Below are positions 35,870-49,105 of a DNA stretch of 64,000 bases, in pieces. The translations under genes and the position numbers were made by a program. Origin of the DNA: Octopus bimaculoides (lineage: Eukaryota); contig NC_068982.1 in NCBI RefSeq assembly GCF_001194135.2, positions 38,004,513 to 38,068,512 on the forward strand, given 5' to 3'. Positions within the stretch are counted from its first letter, which is position 1. Each line of letters starts with the position of its first letter. A model generated the notes under the pieces. The model worked only from the letters and a program-made list of their open reading frames with translations. It was not told the DNA's origin and made no database searches.

Positions 35870-37471
35870 GTGAGTTCTTCACAATTGCTTGTTTATTATC
35901 TTTTTCATCCTTTGGTGGATGGTAGTGAGTTGGCATACCACTGTAAGCATAGTGGTATTCCTGGAAAAGGTACTTTTGTTATGAAGTGCAGGTAAGATGT
36001 TTGCTTTTCAACCACTTGGTTCTGAGTTCAGTTCCACTGTGTGGTGCCTTGGGCAAGTAGTGTCTTCTCTGTTACAGTGAGGATCATGACAACTCCTGTG
36101 AAAATGGATTAGCTGAACTCATATAAGTAGCAGCATGTTTGACTGAGAGTGGGAAATGAGAAATTGCAATAAGTCGAAAAGTGTTGTTTGTGAGTTCGTG
36201 GAGCCACAGGAAATTATATAGTTTATTGAGAGTTGTTTTGAATTGGCTACAGTTGTTGGCATAGTATTTACTTGGATTCTTACAAAACTAGAACTGGAGG
36301 ACAAGAATTTAACCCTGCAGACAGTAGCAGAGGAATAACAAAGAATTATCAACTTGTGACAGAACATAAAGAAAATAGAAGAAAAAAAAATTCTCTCAAG
36401 CACAGACATGACAACTAGGAATAAATAAAGAAAAAAGAATATTATGACCAAGTCCATGCTATGGGTGTGGAGGTCTGTATTTTAAGAAAGACTGTCCATT
36501 TAAAACTTGGAAATGTTTCAGTTGTCAAAAATTAGGATATAAAAGCTACTGTGTCTGTTTTGACAGCTGGATGCCCTTCCTAACACCAACCACTGCAGAG
36601 TGGACTCAGTGTTTTTAATGTGGCACTGCACTGTAGAAGAAAATTGGGAAACCTACATTAAAGAAAACTCGGAGTGGTTGGCGTTAGGAAGGACATCCAG
36701 CTGTAGAAACTCTGCCAAATCAAATTGGAGCCTGGTGTAGCCATCTGGTTCACCAGTCCTCAGTCAAATCGTCCAACCCATGCTAGCATGGAAAGCGGAC
36801 GTTAAACGATGATGATGATGATGATAATGATGTATATATATATATATGCTAATTTTAATTTAAAAAAATAGGAATTTACAATTTTTACCTGTAAATTTGG
36901 ATTTTTATCCCTAATATTATTATCATTATTATTNNNNNNNNNNNNNNNNNNNNNNNNNNTATATATCCCAGAGTTATAGTAGAAGATACTTGCCCAAAGT
37001 GCCACACCTTGTGGTTTGGAAATTTCTTACTCAACAGCCATGTCTGTACCTATTAAAAATCTTATTTGCATCTGATATGAATGAGAAGACCCAACCACCA
37101 CAACAGAATCGAGATCCTAAAACCAAAGTACCACATAAAAAGCATTGGTGTGGTTGCTGGTGCTATGTAGAAAGCACTAGTGATGGTGCCACGTAAAAAG
37201 CATCCAGTACATTCTGTAAAGTGGTTGGCTTTAGGAAGGGCATCAACCCATAGAAACCAAGCCAAAGCAGACTATGGAACCTGGTGCAGCACCTGGCCTT
37301 ACCAGCTATTGTCAAACTGTCCAACCCTTGCCAGCATGGAAAACGGATGTTAAATGTATGATGATTAAATTTTGTATTTAATTAGCTTTTTAACTAGGTC
37401 ATAATCTTGAAATTAATTTTGATTTTTAGATTTTGTTTTTATCGATTATTGTTTTTATTTTTTTAAACCAG

Positions 37472-37740
37472 GTCATTGAAGAAGGTGATTTACTTATTGC
37501 CAAACGTCTTATTATTTATGAGAAGCAGTGGGCAAAAATTTGTCAGCATTACACTGTTACATTAAGTGACATAGACACTAGCCACTTGATTATAATACAA
37601 GGCCTGTTGGAGGTCTGGAAGGTTCACATGGAACAATATTTCTTGGATATTTCGCAATGGGAAGAAAAGTCATCAGCACAGTTGAAGGCATTACGAGCAG
37701 ATATTGGAAGTTACATTACACATTTTACAGAAAACCTTGA
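37472..37740 (+). CDS. AXDND1: AXDND1 exon (VIEEGDLLIAKRLIIYEKQWAKICQHYTVTLSDIDT...HFTENL)
   Basis: aaaccag| ... GA|gtaagt, 269 nt open. Matches recalled VIERNRVILARRLYLNEKGW. Confidence 0.93.
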
Positions 37741-38120
37741 GTAAGTTGTTTTATTTTTGCTTTATCTTGAATCAGGTAAGTTTCATATTGTACAATTCTT
37801 TGAGAAACCTCATATGAAAAGGCAGGTGGATATGTAGATATTTTAAGTTCTTTTGGAAATTCTTTGATGGACTGTGATATGGAAGGGATATAATCAAAAG
37901 TAGGAATCATAATTCTAAACATATTTGTTGTACAGTTATATGTGTATGTGCATGCATGCGTGTATGTGTGTGTGTGCATGCGTGTATGCATGTGTGTTTG
38001 TGCTTGTATTCATTCAAGTACACACACATATATATTTATATACATATATCTTTATACATATTATTCACATATATATAACAGGCACATATGTATGTGTGTG
38101 TATATATATATATACATATA

Positions 38121-38229
38121 TTGTATATGTGTGGGCTGTGACTGTTGAGGACATGCGTAAGCTCGCAAGGAATGAAGCCAGTATCCTCCGCTGGATGTGT
38201 AATGTAAATGTGCATACCCGTCAGAGTGT
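38121..38229 (+). mobile_element. RTE-like LINE fragment running into a gap
   Basis: WAVTVEDMRKLARNEASILRWMCNVNVHTRQS; same family as 29569-30575. Confidence 0.8.
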
Positions 38230-38946
38230 NNNNNNNNNNNNNNNNNNNNNNNNNNNNNNNNNNNNNNNNNNNNNNNNNNNNNNNNNNNNNNNNNNNNNNN
38301 NNNNNNNNNNNNNNNNNNNNNNNNNNNNNNNNNNNNNNNNNNNNNNNNNNNNNNNNNNNNNNNNNNNNNNNNNNNNNNNNNNNNNNNNNNNNNNNNNNNN
38401 NNNNNNNNNNNNNNNNNNNNNNNNNNNNNNNNNNNNNNNNNNNNNNNNNNNNNNNNNNNNNNNNNNNNNNNNNNNNNNNNNNNNNNNNNNNNNNNNNNNN
38501 NNNNNNNNNNNNNNNNNNNNNNNNNNNNNNNNNNNNNNNNNNNNNNNNNNNNNNNNNNNNNNNNNNNNNNNNNNNNNNNNNNNNNNNNNNNNNNNNNNNN
38601 NNNNNNNNNNNNNNNNNNNNNNNNNNNNNNNNNNNNNNNNNNNNNNNNNNNNNNNNNNNNNNNNNNNNNNNNNNNNNNNNNNNNNNNNNNNNNNNNNNNN
38701 NNNNNNNNNNNNNNNNNNNNNNNNNNNNNNNNNNNNNNNNNNNNNNNNNNNNNNNNNNNNNNNNNNNNNNNNNNNNNNNNNNNNNNNNNNNNNNNNNNNN
38801 NNNNNNNNNNNNNNNNNNNNNNNNNNNNNNNNNNNNNNNNNNNNNNNNNNNNNNNNNNNNNNNNNNNNNNNNNNNNNNNNNNNNNNNNNNNNNNNNNNNN
38901 NNNNNNNNNNNNNNNNNNNNNNNNNNNNNNNNNNNNNNNNNNNNNN
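38230..38946. other. Assembly gap (others at 21203-21212, 36934-36959, 43265-43369, 53364-53373, 57763-58279, 63544-63866)
   Basis: Runs of N; they explain the poly-X ORFs. Confidence 0.99.
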
Positions 38947-39946
38947 ATATATATATATATATATCATCATCATTATTTAACATTCATTTTCTATGCATGT
39001 CTGGGTAGGTCAGTTGACAGGGGCCGGCCAGGTAGAAAAACTACCCAAGGCTACTGTGTCTGTTTTGGCAGGGATTTTATGGCTGGACGTCCTTCCTAAC
39101 ACCAGCCGCTCCGCAGAGTGGATTCAGTGCTTTTTATGTGGTACTAGCACAGGGGAGGTTACTTTTGGCATGATTTGGATGCTGGATGCCCTTCTAAATG
39201 CCATCATCATTTAACGTCCATCGTCCATGCTGGTATGGGTTGGACAGTTTGATCATGGCTGGTAAGTTGAGGACCTGTATCAGACTCCAGTCTGATTTGG
39301 CATAATTTCTATGGCTGGGTGCCCTTCCTAATGCCAACCACTCCAAAAGTGTAATGAGTGTTTATGTTCCACCAGCATGGGTGCCAATTACGTGACACTG
39401 GCATCAGCCACATTGCCTCCATGAAGATCAATGCTCAAACGGTGCTTTTTATGTGCCACCAGCACAAGTGCCAGTTACATGACACCAGCATCAGCCACAC
39501 TGCCTCGATGACCCATATACAAATATATATGCATATGCATATATATATATATATTTATACTTACACACACACACACAAACACATATCTATATATTTAAGC
39601 GCATATAGATATATCATCATCATCATCATCATTATCATTTAATGTGCATCGTCCATGCTGGGATGAGTTGCAGTTTGACAGGATCCAATGAGTCAGAATG
39701 ACTGCATCATGTGTTTTTGGCATGCTTTCTATAGCTTGATGTCCTTCCTAATGCCAACCATTTTACAGAGTTCACTAGGTACTTTTGTGTGACAGTAGCA
39801 CTTGTGAGCTCACAAAGTAACTTCAAAATCAAAAAAAAAAGGCCCCTTGACTGTGTGGGGTTGTAGCAGAGAGGCAAGTGGCTTTATGTCAGGTGTTGAG
39901 GGGCTAAAGTATGATAGAGGAACAGGCACAGGATCTTGCTATAGAG

Positions 39947-40649
39947 CAGTGATTCCCAACATGGGGTATATTCCCCACCGTTGGAGCCTTGGAAAATTGT
40001 GGTGGGGCATGAGATCCATTATTTAATACAAACTAATCAGTGAAAGCTTTGTTCAAAATGGAAGGTACCAAGGTGTGACTATGTGATGAAGTTGAAAGGA
40101 AATACCCTGACACTGCCATTTCAGCAAAAGAACTTTTGATTAATTTCTCCACATCTTATTTGGTTGAATGTGGCTTCAGTGCTGTTGATGATTTGCCAAG
40201 AGAAATTACAAAACATGGTGGTTTATAGCTGAAGCTAACAAAATTGTCTCCTCAAATCAAGGAAATCTGCCATAGTCACCAGGTACAAGGTTTACAGTAA
40301 AGTGATTTATTTATTTTTTTTCCTTAGTCAATAAGTACTTAATAAAAGAGTTTCCAGTAGATTTTTTTGTATCAAATAATAGCTAACCACCTACACTTTT
40401 TTCTGCAAAATAGGGGTAGTTTATCCTGTTCAGGCTATATTATTAGCATTATCCTGCGATTGAGAATTTAAAATCACTTTAACTTTCTAAGACATCTGAA
40501 CGCTTCTAAAAGCAAACTTCGTTTATTTGTTTACGTTTATCGTAATTTGAATTTAATATATCAAAAATAATGTTTTTTTTCTAACATACATTTTTCTGGA
40601 AAGTTATTGTGAGGCCTGGGTGGGGGTGGAAATAGGTTGGTAAACACTG
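39947..40649 (+). mobile_element. hAT Buster/Charlie internal-deletion derivative (703 bp)
   Basis: TIRs CAGTGATTCCCAAC / GTTGGTAAACACTG; TSD CTATAGAG / CTATAGAA. Dimerisation-domain remnant KYPDTAISAKELLINFSTSYLVECGFSAVDDL...LKLTKLSPQIKEICHSHQ. Confidence 0.92.
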
Positions 40650-41554
40650 CTATAGAAGAAATACTTGGCTATCTTGCATTATACAAGAGTAGATAGTAGT
40701 AACTGAAAGAAGACAAAAATGGTGGTGATGAGGTCAAAGAGTACACTTGAAATACAAGAAAGTGAGTGTTAGTGAGAATACAGTCCGTGGATTGAGAAGG
40801 GTGGGTGAATAAGTTCACAAGAATGTGAGAAAAGGGTGACAGATGGCTAGAGATGGATGGGTGGATGAGGGGGTAGTAGTGAAAGATGAGTAAGTAAAAG
40901 TGTAGGTGTGGTCAATGGTAAATATCAGTATGAGGTAGAATACTATGTGGTTAAAAATTTACTTCCAAACACATGGTTTCATGTTCAATCCTGTTGCAAT
41001 GCTGCTGCATTGGACAAGTGTGTTTTAGCACAATCTGGGGCTGACCAAAGCCTTATGAGTGGATTTGGTAGATGAAGTCTAAAAGAAGCCTGTTTTATAC
41101 ATAGTTCAAATTTACAGGAAAACAAAGACAAAGACAGGGGTAGGAACAACAAGCAAGTGTATTAGTTTGATGCTCGGGAAAAATGGAAAAGCTTTTTATG
41201 TTTTGAGCCTACACTCTTTGACAGAAAAGGAAAATAAGAGGAAATAAATAGAAAGAGAATGAAAAAAATGTGTTGAGTTCAGTGGTCCAACATGTATACA
41301 GACATACATATATATATAAATTGTATTTAAAATTAAAGTTTACATGGGAGACTTTAAGGTGTAGTATCCAAACCTTGTTATGGGAATGTCCCTTGTAGTG
41401 TGCCTGTAGAGTACATTTGCCGCTTGTGGCTACCAGGTGTCATCCAGGGTAGTGCACTTTTGTTGCTGAATGTATGTAAGGAATTGCTTGGTGCATGTTG
41501 AGTGTATTCTAAATGATTAACATACAAGACAGAGTGTATGAGAAGGTTTATTTA

Positions 41555-41659
41555 GGACAACGATCATTTCAGTTTATTTCTGCACTGCTCCTTAGTGGGT
41601 GGAGAACAATGTAATGGAATTGAATGCACCCCTTATTGTAGAAGAAACCTCTTCAGGCC
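41555..41659 (-). ncRNA. Hammerhead motif with long helix II insertion
   Basis: Minus strand: GGC|CTGAAGA|GGTTT..~70nt..AAACT|GAAA|TGATCG|TT|GTC. Helix III is near-palindromic (A-T/C-GATC-G-T). Confidence 0.6.
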
Positions 41660-41878
41660 ATATAAAGAAGTTCAGTGTTATAAGATGTACATTTCACTGA
41701 TATGCATGGAAAGATGATGTTGGTTCATATGCATATGACACAAGTATATTAAAAGCTTTATAAGTCAATACTGTGTTCTACTGTGTTAGCAGTGTTATTA
41801 AATCACTTTTTAAGGTTATCTCTAGAAATTTTTTATAGAAATTATTGCCAGCACTGATTTGATACAATGTTTCATATA

Positions 41879-43167
41879 TTGGGTTGGCAACTAAGTTCCT
41901 GCTGTTTTTATAAATTTAAATTTTTTAAAAGGTTTAATAAAAAATAACAACTAATTAATCGATAATGTATTCGCCCTTGTTGTCTACAACTTCTTCTCAA
42001 CGTTCAGCAAGATTTTCAATACCTCATCGGTAGAAATCACCTGATTTCGACTTGAAAAATTGATCTAAGCTCTCAATTCTGCATCAGTATTGAATGAAAC
42101 TCTGTGCATAGCATTTAAAAGAGATTGAAATAGGTGGAAATCCATTGGTGCCAAATTAGGAGAGTACAGTGGGTGTGGCAGCACTTCCCAGCCATGCATT
42201 TGAATGGTTTCCTTGGTCATATTGGCGATATGAGGGCGGGCATTGTCGTGCAGCAGAAGAACTCCATGCTGCCAATTAGGTCTTTTCTAATGAATAGCCA
42301 TGTTGAGTCATTCCATCTGTTGAACATAGAGTTCTGCATTGACTATTTGGTTCTGTTCAAGCAATTTGTAATGGATAATCCCTTCCCAGTCTCACCATAC
42401 GCACAACATCGTTTTACGTGGATGAAGATCTTGTTTCACGCACGGTGTCGCTTGTTTACCGGGGCTAAGCCATTTCTTACACTGCTTCATATTGATGTAC
42501 AGGCATCGTTTTCATTGCCAGTAACGATTTGGTAAAGAAATAATTGCTTGTGTCCATGAATTAAGTGGTGACGAGCAAGCAAACCAGCGGAAATTGTGGC
42601 TTGTTGATTTTTTGTTATTGTCACTTAAAGCACACGGAACCCATGCTCCATACTTCTGAACCTTTCTCATCGAGTGGAGATGCTTCTCCATAGCAGTGTG
42701 GGAGCATTCCATTTTCTCTGCCAGTTCCCTTGTTGTTTGACAGGAATTTTCATGCAAAAGTCGGTTTAATCGCTCTTCATCGAACTCAACTGGATGGTCA
42801 GAATGAGGTGCATTTTTGAGGTCAAAATTTCCATTTTTGAACTTGGCATACCAATCATGAGCAGTTCTTTCAGCTATGGCACCCTCTCCATACACTGTAC
42901 AAATGTTGCAAGCAGCTTTTGCGGCCTTAGACTCTTGATTAAAAGCAAAACGAAAGAGGTGTCGAAAATACTTGTTTTTCTTAACTTGACATTCCATTTT
43001 AATGATCTGAAAATAAACAAAAATTAACTAAAATTAACTAGAAAAAAAACAAAATAGATTCCAAAATGATTCAAAAATACAATTCTCGAAAAATATAGAT
43101 TCCAAAATTAAAAAATGCAATGAATTCCAAAATTAAAAAAACGGCGGGAACTTAGTTGCCAACCCAA
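41879..43167 (-). mobile_element. Full-length mariner (Hsmar1/cecropia-like), 1289 bp
   Basis: About 30-bp TIRs TTGGGTTGGCAACTAAGTTCC.. at both ends (2 mismatches), TA TSDs. Confidence 0.97.
41955..42997 (-). pseudogene. Mariner transposase pseudogene
   Basis: MECQVKKNKYFRH...GAWVP, frameshift, then IVTGNEK, HDNARPH, YSPNLAPMDFHLF, GEYIID*; several stops. Confidence 0.95.
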
Positions 43168-43593
43168 TATATGAAATTTCTTTAGATTCCTATGGCTGGA
43201 GCATCAGAGATTCAGAGAATGCAAATAAATGAATAAATAAATAAATAATTGAAAAATAACTTTTNNNNNNNNNNNNNNNNNNNNNNNNNNNNNNNNNNNN
43301 NNNNNNNNNNNNNNNNNNNNNNNNNNNNNNNNNNNNNNNNNNNNNNNNNNNNNNNNNNNNNNNNNNNNNTTTGTTTGCATTTGATATGTATAACTATATT
43401 TTATTTACATTTTTTAATTACATTTTCAGCTTTAACAAATTGAAGCTGAAAGGAAAACGTTTTAAATTTTCAGGAAGTAAAACAAATAATGTTTTCAAAT
43501 ATATAAAAAAAATATAATTTATATGCTTCAAATGTAAATGAAATATATTAATATGAAAAAAAAAATTACTGCAGCTGTAAATCCCCTAACTCT

Positions 43594-43625
<32 letters not shown>

Positions 43626-44044
43626 GTGAAATCATGATCATTGATGTCGTCATTATCATCATCATCATCATCATTTAACATCCCATGCGGGCATGGGTTG
43701 GATGGTTCAGCATAAACTGACAAGTCAGAGTGCTATGCTTAGCTCCAATATTTGCTTTGGTAAGATTTCTACAGCTGGATGCTGTTCCTAATGCTAACCA
43801 CTTCACAAAATGTACAACACTTCACTGAGTTTTTAAACATTTTGAAGACGTTTAATTTATTTTTCTTAATTCAAAAAGTGAATAAGAGTTGGGAATTTTA
43901 CTGTTATTACAAGGCAGGTAAAGGTGGTGATTTGGTAGAATTGTTAGCGTGCCAGGCAAAATTCTTAACAGTATTTCATCCATCTTTAAGTTCTAAATTC
44001 AAATTCTGCTGAGGTCGGTTTTGTCTTTCATCCTTTCAGGCTCA

Positions 44045-44395
44045 ATATCTGTATCATGGCATATTGCTAAAGGTCTCAGTCATTTGTCATTGCCTCTGTG
44101 AAGCCCAACACTTGAAAGATGCTTCTACGTGCCACTGGCACAGGTGCTAGTTATGTGACACTGGCATTGGCCACATTTCCAACACTTGAAAGGTGCTTTT
44201 TATGGGCCACCAGCATGGTTGCTAGTTATGTGACATCAGCATTGGCCACATTGCCTCCGTGAGACCCAACACTCAAAAGGTGCTTTTTATGTCACCTGCA
44301 CGGGTGCCAGTTACATGACACTAGCATCGTCCATAACTATGATTTCCCTTGGCTTGACAGGTCTTCTCAAGCATGGCATGTTGCTTGAGGTCAGG
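44045..44395 (-). mobile_element. LINE 3' end made of tandem copies of the ORF2 terminal segment
   Basis: Repeated CATTGCCTC(T/C)GTGA..CCCAACACT units plus CTTCTCAAGCATGGCAT (HAMLEKTCQAK on minus). Confidence 0.7.
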
Positions 44396-44479
44396 AGTCA
44401 CAAACCTTTTTGAGAGCACTTGCCGAAATTGCCAATAACATTCTGGAAAAGTATTTTTCATGCACTTGAGATTTTTTTT

Positions 44480-44526
<47 letters not shown>

Positions 44527-44553
44527 CATCATCCTCATCATCATCATCATCAT
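44480..44553. repeat. (CAT)n trinucleotide repeat
   Basis: Read directly; source of the spurious poly-D/poly-I ORFs. Confidence 0.98.
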
Positions 44554-44814
44554 TACTGTGTTTTACAAAATACAAATAAAATATTCATTTGCAGCAATAT
44601 GCGGTAGTAATGAAAACATATACTTTTTTTATTATTTATAATTAACAGAAGTTACAGAGTAACTCAAGGGGCCAGAGTTTTATGCATTGTCTCTTATCAA
44701 ACCAAGAACATTACACACACACACTCATGCATGTACGTGTGTGTGTGTGTGTGTGTGCACATTTATATAAATATATATGTATATACTATATGTATGTATA
44801 GATCATGCATATAT

Positions 44815-44857
<43 letters not shown>

Positions 44858-45519
44858 TGTGCCTGTGTGTATATAAATATAATAGGCAAGAGGGCAGTGT
44901 AGTATATGTGTGTTAGCAACATCTCTTCATGTGCCACTTTCAAAATCAATACCTCTGATAAAATATCAATAGATCACACACCATAGTAATACTATGCTCT
45001 GTGTATTATAGTAAAATAACATAGTTCAACATCATTTACATTAGTGATATAAACAAAGAGCAAGTGGTACCACCAATGTCATTCTTTACATTATCAACAC
45101 TCAGGTTAGGCTGTCATCCTCTAAATGAGTTACTATATGCGGAACAAGCTAACAAGACAATTTACTAAACCTCCAAAAACTTCATGCCCTTGTTTGCATC
45201 AACTCATTATCTAATTGTTACCACATGCCAACCTGGCATCATTGTAAGTGTAACTAAGCATGTTCTCCAGTTGTAGCTGTTCAACACACATGATATTCAC
45301 ATGATATTCAGTTGCTAAATATTATATCTGAAAATATTTTATCCCTATGGCAAAAACAATGAAATATGACACTTGTTTCAAGCTGAAAGTTGTTGTGCCT
45401 GAAATCCCCTCAAATTACAGTAAATCACACATCAGCTTTCCATTTATGCCACATTCCTCACTGAGCACTGTTGTTTGAGGAGGTTTCAAACACAGGTAGT
45501 GAGGAAGTATGGAAATATG

Positions 45520-46620
45520 AAGCCTCTCTGAAGATGTCTAAGAAGGAAAATACTGCATGAACTGGTATCTGCCATTGGTTTGAATTAAGAAGTTACTTTC
45601 AAGGCCGAGTTAATGAAAACTATAAAGATGGCCCAAGTTAACATAACTTGCTCATGGATCCAAGAACTTAAGTGGGCAAAAACATGTCCTGGTGAAAGTA
45701 AAGATTTAAGGCAACTGCAAGCTGGCATTTCTTGCTTTATGAAGAGGAAAGATTTGGTGTTTGAACAGAAGACTAAAATTGCCCAGAAACTCCCAAAAGA
45801 TCTTGAAGAAAAAATTACAAATTGCTATACACATGTCATTTTACTGAAGAAGCAACATGACTACTTGTAGTGTCAGGTTGGTAACATGGATGAAAAGCCT
45901 TGTTTTTTTCAATATACTCTTGAATCAAAAGTACAAATACAAAAAAAGCATCATCTGATAAGCAGTGTAAGTCAAGAAAAGACTAAATTCACTATTGTAT
46001 TAAACTGTCTTGCAGAAGGAACTAAATTAAAGCCAAAGGTTATATTCAAATGAAAACAATGCCAACTATAAAGTTCTTGCCAAGTTTTTTTTTGTCTACA
46101 TTCATAAAAATGGTTGGATGAATGATGCTGGAGTGCATTTATGGATTGACAATGTGTGGAATTGGTGGCCAGGTGGCTTATGAAAGGAAAGGAGTTAGTG
46201 TGGGACATGTTCAGGTCTCACTTGACAGTTAATGTAACAATTAATGTAACAATTAATGAAACAATTTTATATTTGCATAATTTCAAGGGGATTAATCAAC
46301 CTCTTGATGCCCTCTTGAACCTTTTAAACACAATATTTGTTTGGAGTGGAATAAATAGATAGTGACTGAAGGAAAAAACATTCATGAAGGATGTGTTGTG
46401 CAATTTTGTGATGAAGTTTGGGGAAGGTGCACATGAAGAAACTGTAGTAAAATCTTTTAGAAGAGTGTGTTATTTCATATCCAATCAATGGGGAAGAAGA
46501 TAATTTATGGAAAGAAAATGGCAAGCAGGACAGTGACCGATCCAAATATATCATTTGAACTTCCAGTGATTTATATCTACATGCTGACTTTACATCAGAT
46601 GATGGACAGTATTTGAAGAA
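45520..46620 (+). mobile_element. pogo-like (DDE_1) transposase remnant
   Basis: FMKRKDLVFEQKTKIAQKLPKDLEEK...VGNMDEKP...FTIVLNCLAEGTKLKPKVIFK...LVWDMFRSHLT...GINQPLD; many stops and frameshifts; no TIRs found. Confidence 0.85.
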
Positions 46621-47395
46621 AGAATTTGAAGAATTCTAAAATGTGATCATACATGCTTTTATTGTCAATAAAATAATTATTTTTAAGCATAATTAACCAT
46701 GGAATTTAAATTTATAAAGTATGTATCAGTCAATGTTTTTAAATTACAGTGCAGTATGTTAGAGTTATGGTTTTAATCATCAATAAAATAACTTTCGAAT
46801 AACCTTTATTTTAAATGTTGTATAGTAATAATGCCAATGTGTGTATATTCAATAAACTGCTATTATGTATCATTAAACTGTCATTACCGACCGTAGTGCA
46901 TTGTGTATGTATCAGTAATTTTTTCTGTGAATTCACAAGTACATCAGCCACATATAAAACATGCAAATCTTGCACATTAGCTAAATGTTATGGTAAATAT
47001 GGGTATTATTGTCTGTTACTCCCATTAACCATAAATGTCTATATTCATGTGAATGTACAATCTTCTGTGCTATCATGAAGTTATACAGATGACATACATA
47101 TCGTAGTTGTCTGACTGGCCGCCTGGGTTTGGTGTGTTGTTCCTGTTAGCATTTACACTCAGTGTATCAGCTGTTTGAAACAGCCTGTGCTGTAGCAGTA
47201 ATATAATGCTGAATTTATACTTACATAACTGTGGTTAAGAAGCTTCCCAACAATATTTTTTGTTTCAGTCCCATTGCATGGTTCCTTGGGCAAATGTCTT
47301 CTACAGTGGCCTTGGGCTAATCAAAGCCTTGTGAGTGAATTTTGTAGATGGAAATTGAAAGAAACCTGTGGCATATATCATGTGTATATGTGTAT

Positions 47396-47397
<2 letters not shown>

Positions 47398-47466
<69 letters not shown>
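47398..47466. repeat. (TG)n microsatellite
   Basis: Read directly from the sequence. Confidence 0.98.
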
Positions 47467-47469
<3 letters not shown>

Positions 47470-48303
47470 GTATATGCTTATCTCTCATTGACTTGGCATG
47501 AAGTAATTATTATAAATGAACATCATTCATTTCCAATATTCTGCAAAAACATTTCTGGCCATGGGAAAATATTATCTTGTTTGGAAACAGATAATGGTTG
47601 GTGATGGGAAAGGCATCTGGCTGTAAAAATTCTCAATAAATTCTGTCCAACCCATGCAAGTATGAAAAAATGGACATTAAGAAAATGATGACGATGATCT
47701 CAGTGTTAATATGTTAAGTGTGTTCACCAAACATGAGTTTTAGTTGGAAATACTTGTGGCAACCTGTCTGAGTTATGGTAAGTGGTGTACAGTGATTATT
47801 AACTGCTCCACTGGTTGACCTCTCTCTGGTAAAGGTTTGCATTTTATCCTAGCTATATTAGTCAAATCCTAGTTTTGGGGTTTTATCAGATTTAAAAAAG
47901 TCGACTTGTACACTGCAATTTACTGTACACTAATTTAACTAGCAGGCATGGCCCTGTGCTTAAGAAGCTTGCTTTGCAGCCATGTGGTTTTTGGTTCAGT
48001 CCCACTGTATGGTACTCTTCTATTATAGCCCTGATCCAACCAATGCCTTGTCAGTGAATTTAGTAGATAGAAACTATTCTTTTACTTGTTTCAGTCATTT
48101 GACTGTGGTCATGCTGGTGCACCACCCTAAAGGGTTTTAGTTGAAGAAATCAACCCCAGGAATTATTCTTTATAAGCCTAGTACTTATTCTGTCAGTCTC
48201 TTTTGCTGAACTGTTAAGTTACAGGGACGTAAACACACCAACATCAAGTGATGGTGGGGGACAAACAAAGACACAAAGACACACACACATAAATATATAT
48301 ACA

Positions 48304-48342
<39 letters not shown>

Positions 48343-49023
48343 ACACACACACACACACACATATATGACAGGCTTCTTTCAGTTTCCATCAACCAAATCC
48401 ACTCACTAAACTTTGATTGGCCAAAGGCTATAGTAGAAGATACTTGCCCAAGGTGCCACACGGTAAGACTGAACCTGGGACCATGTAGCTGGGAAGCAAG
48501 CTTCTTACCACACAGCCATGTCTGCGCCTACGTGGAAGCCTGTTATATGTGTGCATGTGTGTGTGTTTGTGTGTGTTGTGTGCATGGTTTGTGTTTGTCT
48601 CCAACTTACAACTTTACAACTGGTGTTGGTTTGTTCATATCTCTGTAACATAGCGATTTGATAAACAAGACTGATAGAATAAGTATTGAAGTTAAGAATA
48701 AGTACAGGAGTACACAGCCACTTGCATGTTAATGTCATGAGCAGGCTCTTCTGTTGGTTGGATCTACTGGAACCCTTGTCATGTGCCGACAGAATGCCAC
48801 TAGTTTACTACAATCAGTGGATTATTTTTAAAACAACATGTTGATTCACTCTATAAATTTGAGACAAAATTAACTAGAATGTGCAGAGGTTTAATTTAAT
48901 TAGAAACATATTGCTTGTTGACTTCCATATTTGTTTTTCTCTATTTAATGAATTTTACATGACTTTATATGCTATTTTTAAAAAATATATGTATATAAAA
49001 AAAAATCCTGTTTCTCTTTTCAG

Positions 49024-49105
49024 AAATAACAATGGCACTACTGACACTACACATAATCTTCGGCGGTTAGATGACCTCTTTAAGAAAATGATTTATTGGG
49101 ATCAG
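49024..49105 (+). CDS. AXDND1: AXDND1 exon (NNNGTTDTTHNLRRLDDLFKKMIYWDQ)
   Basis: tctcttttcag| ... CAG|gtttac. Phases fit both neighbours; similarity is weaker. Confidence 0.75.

Noticed and set aside
37925-39008. Long ORFs of 250-360 aa here, at 57676-58770 and at 63476-63899
   Set aside because: Artefacts of N runs and dinucleotide repeats.
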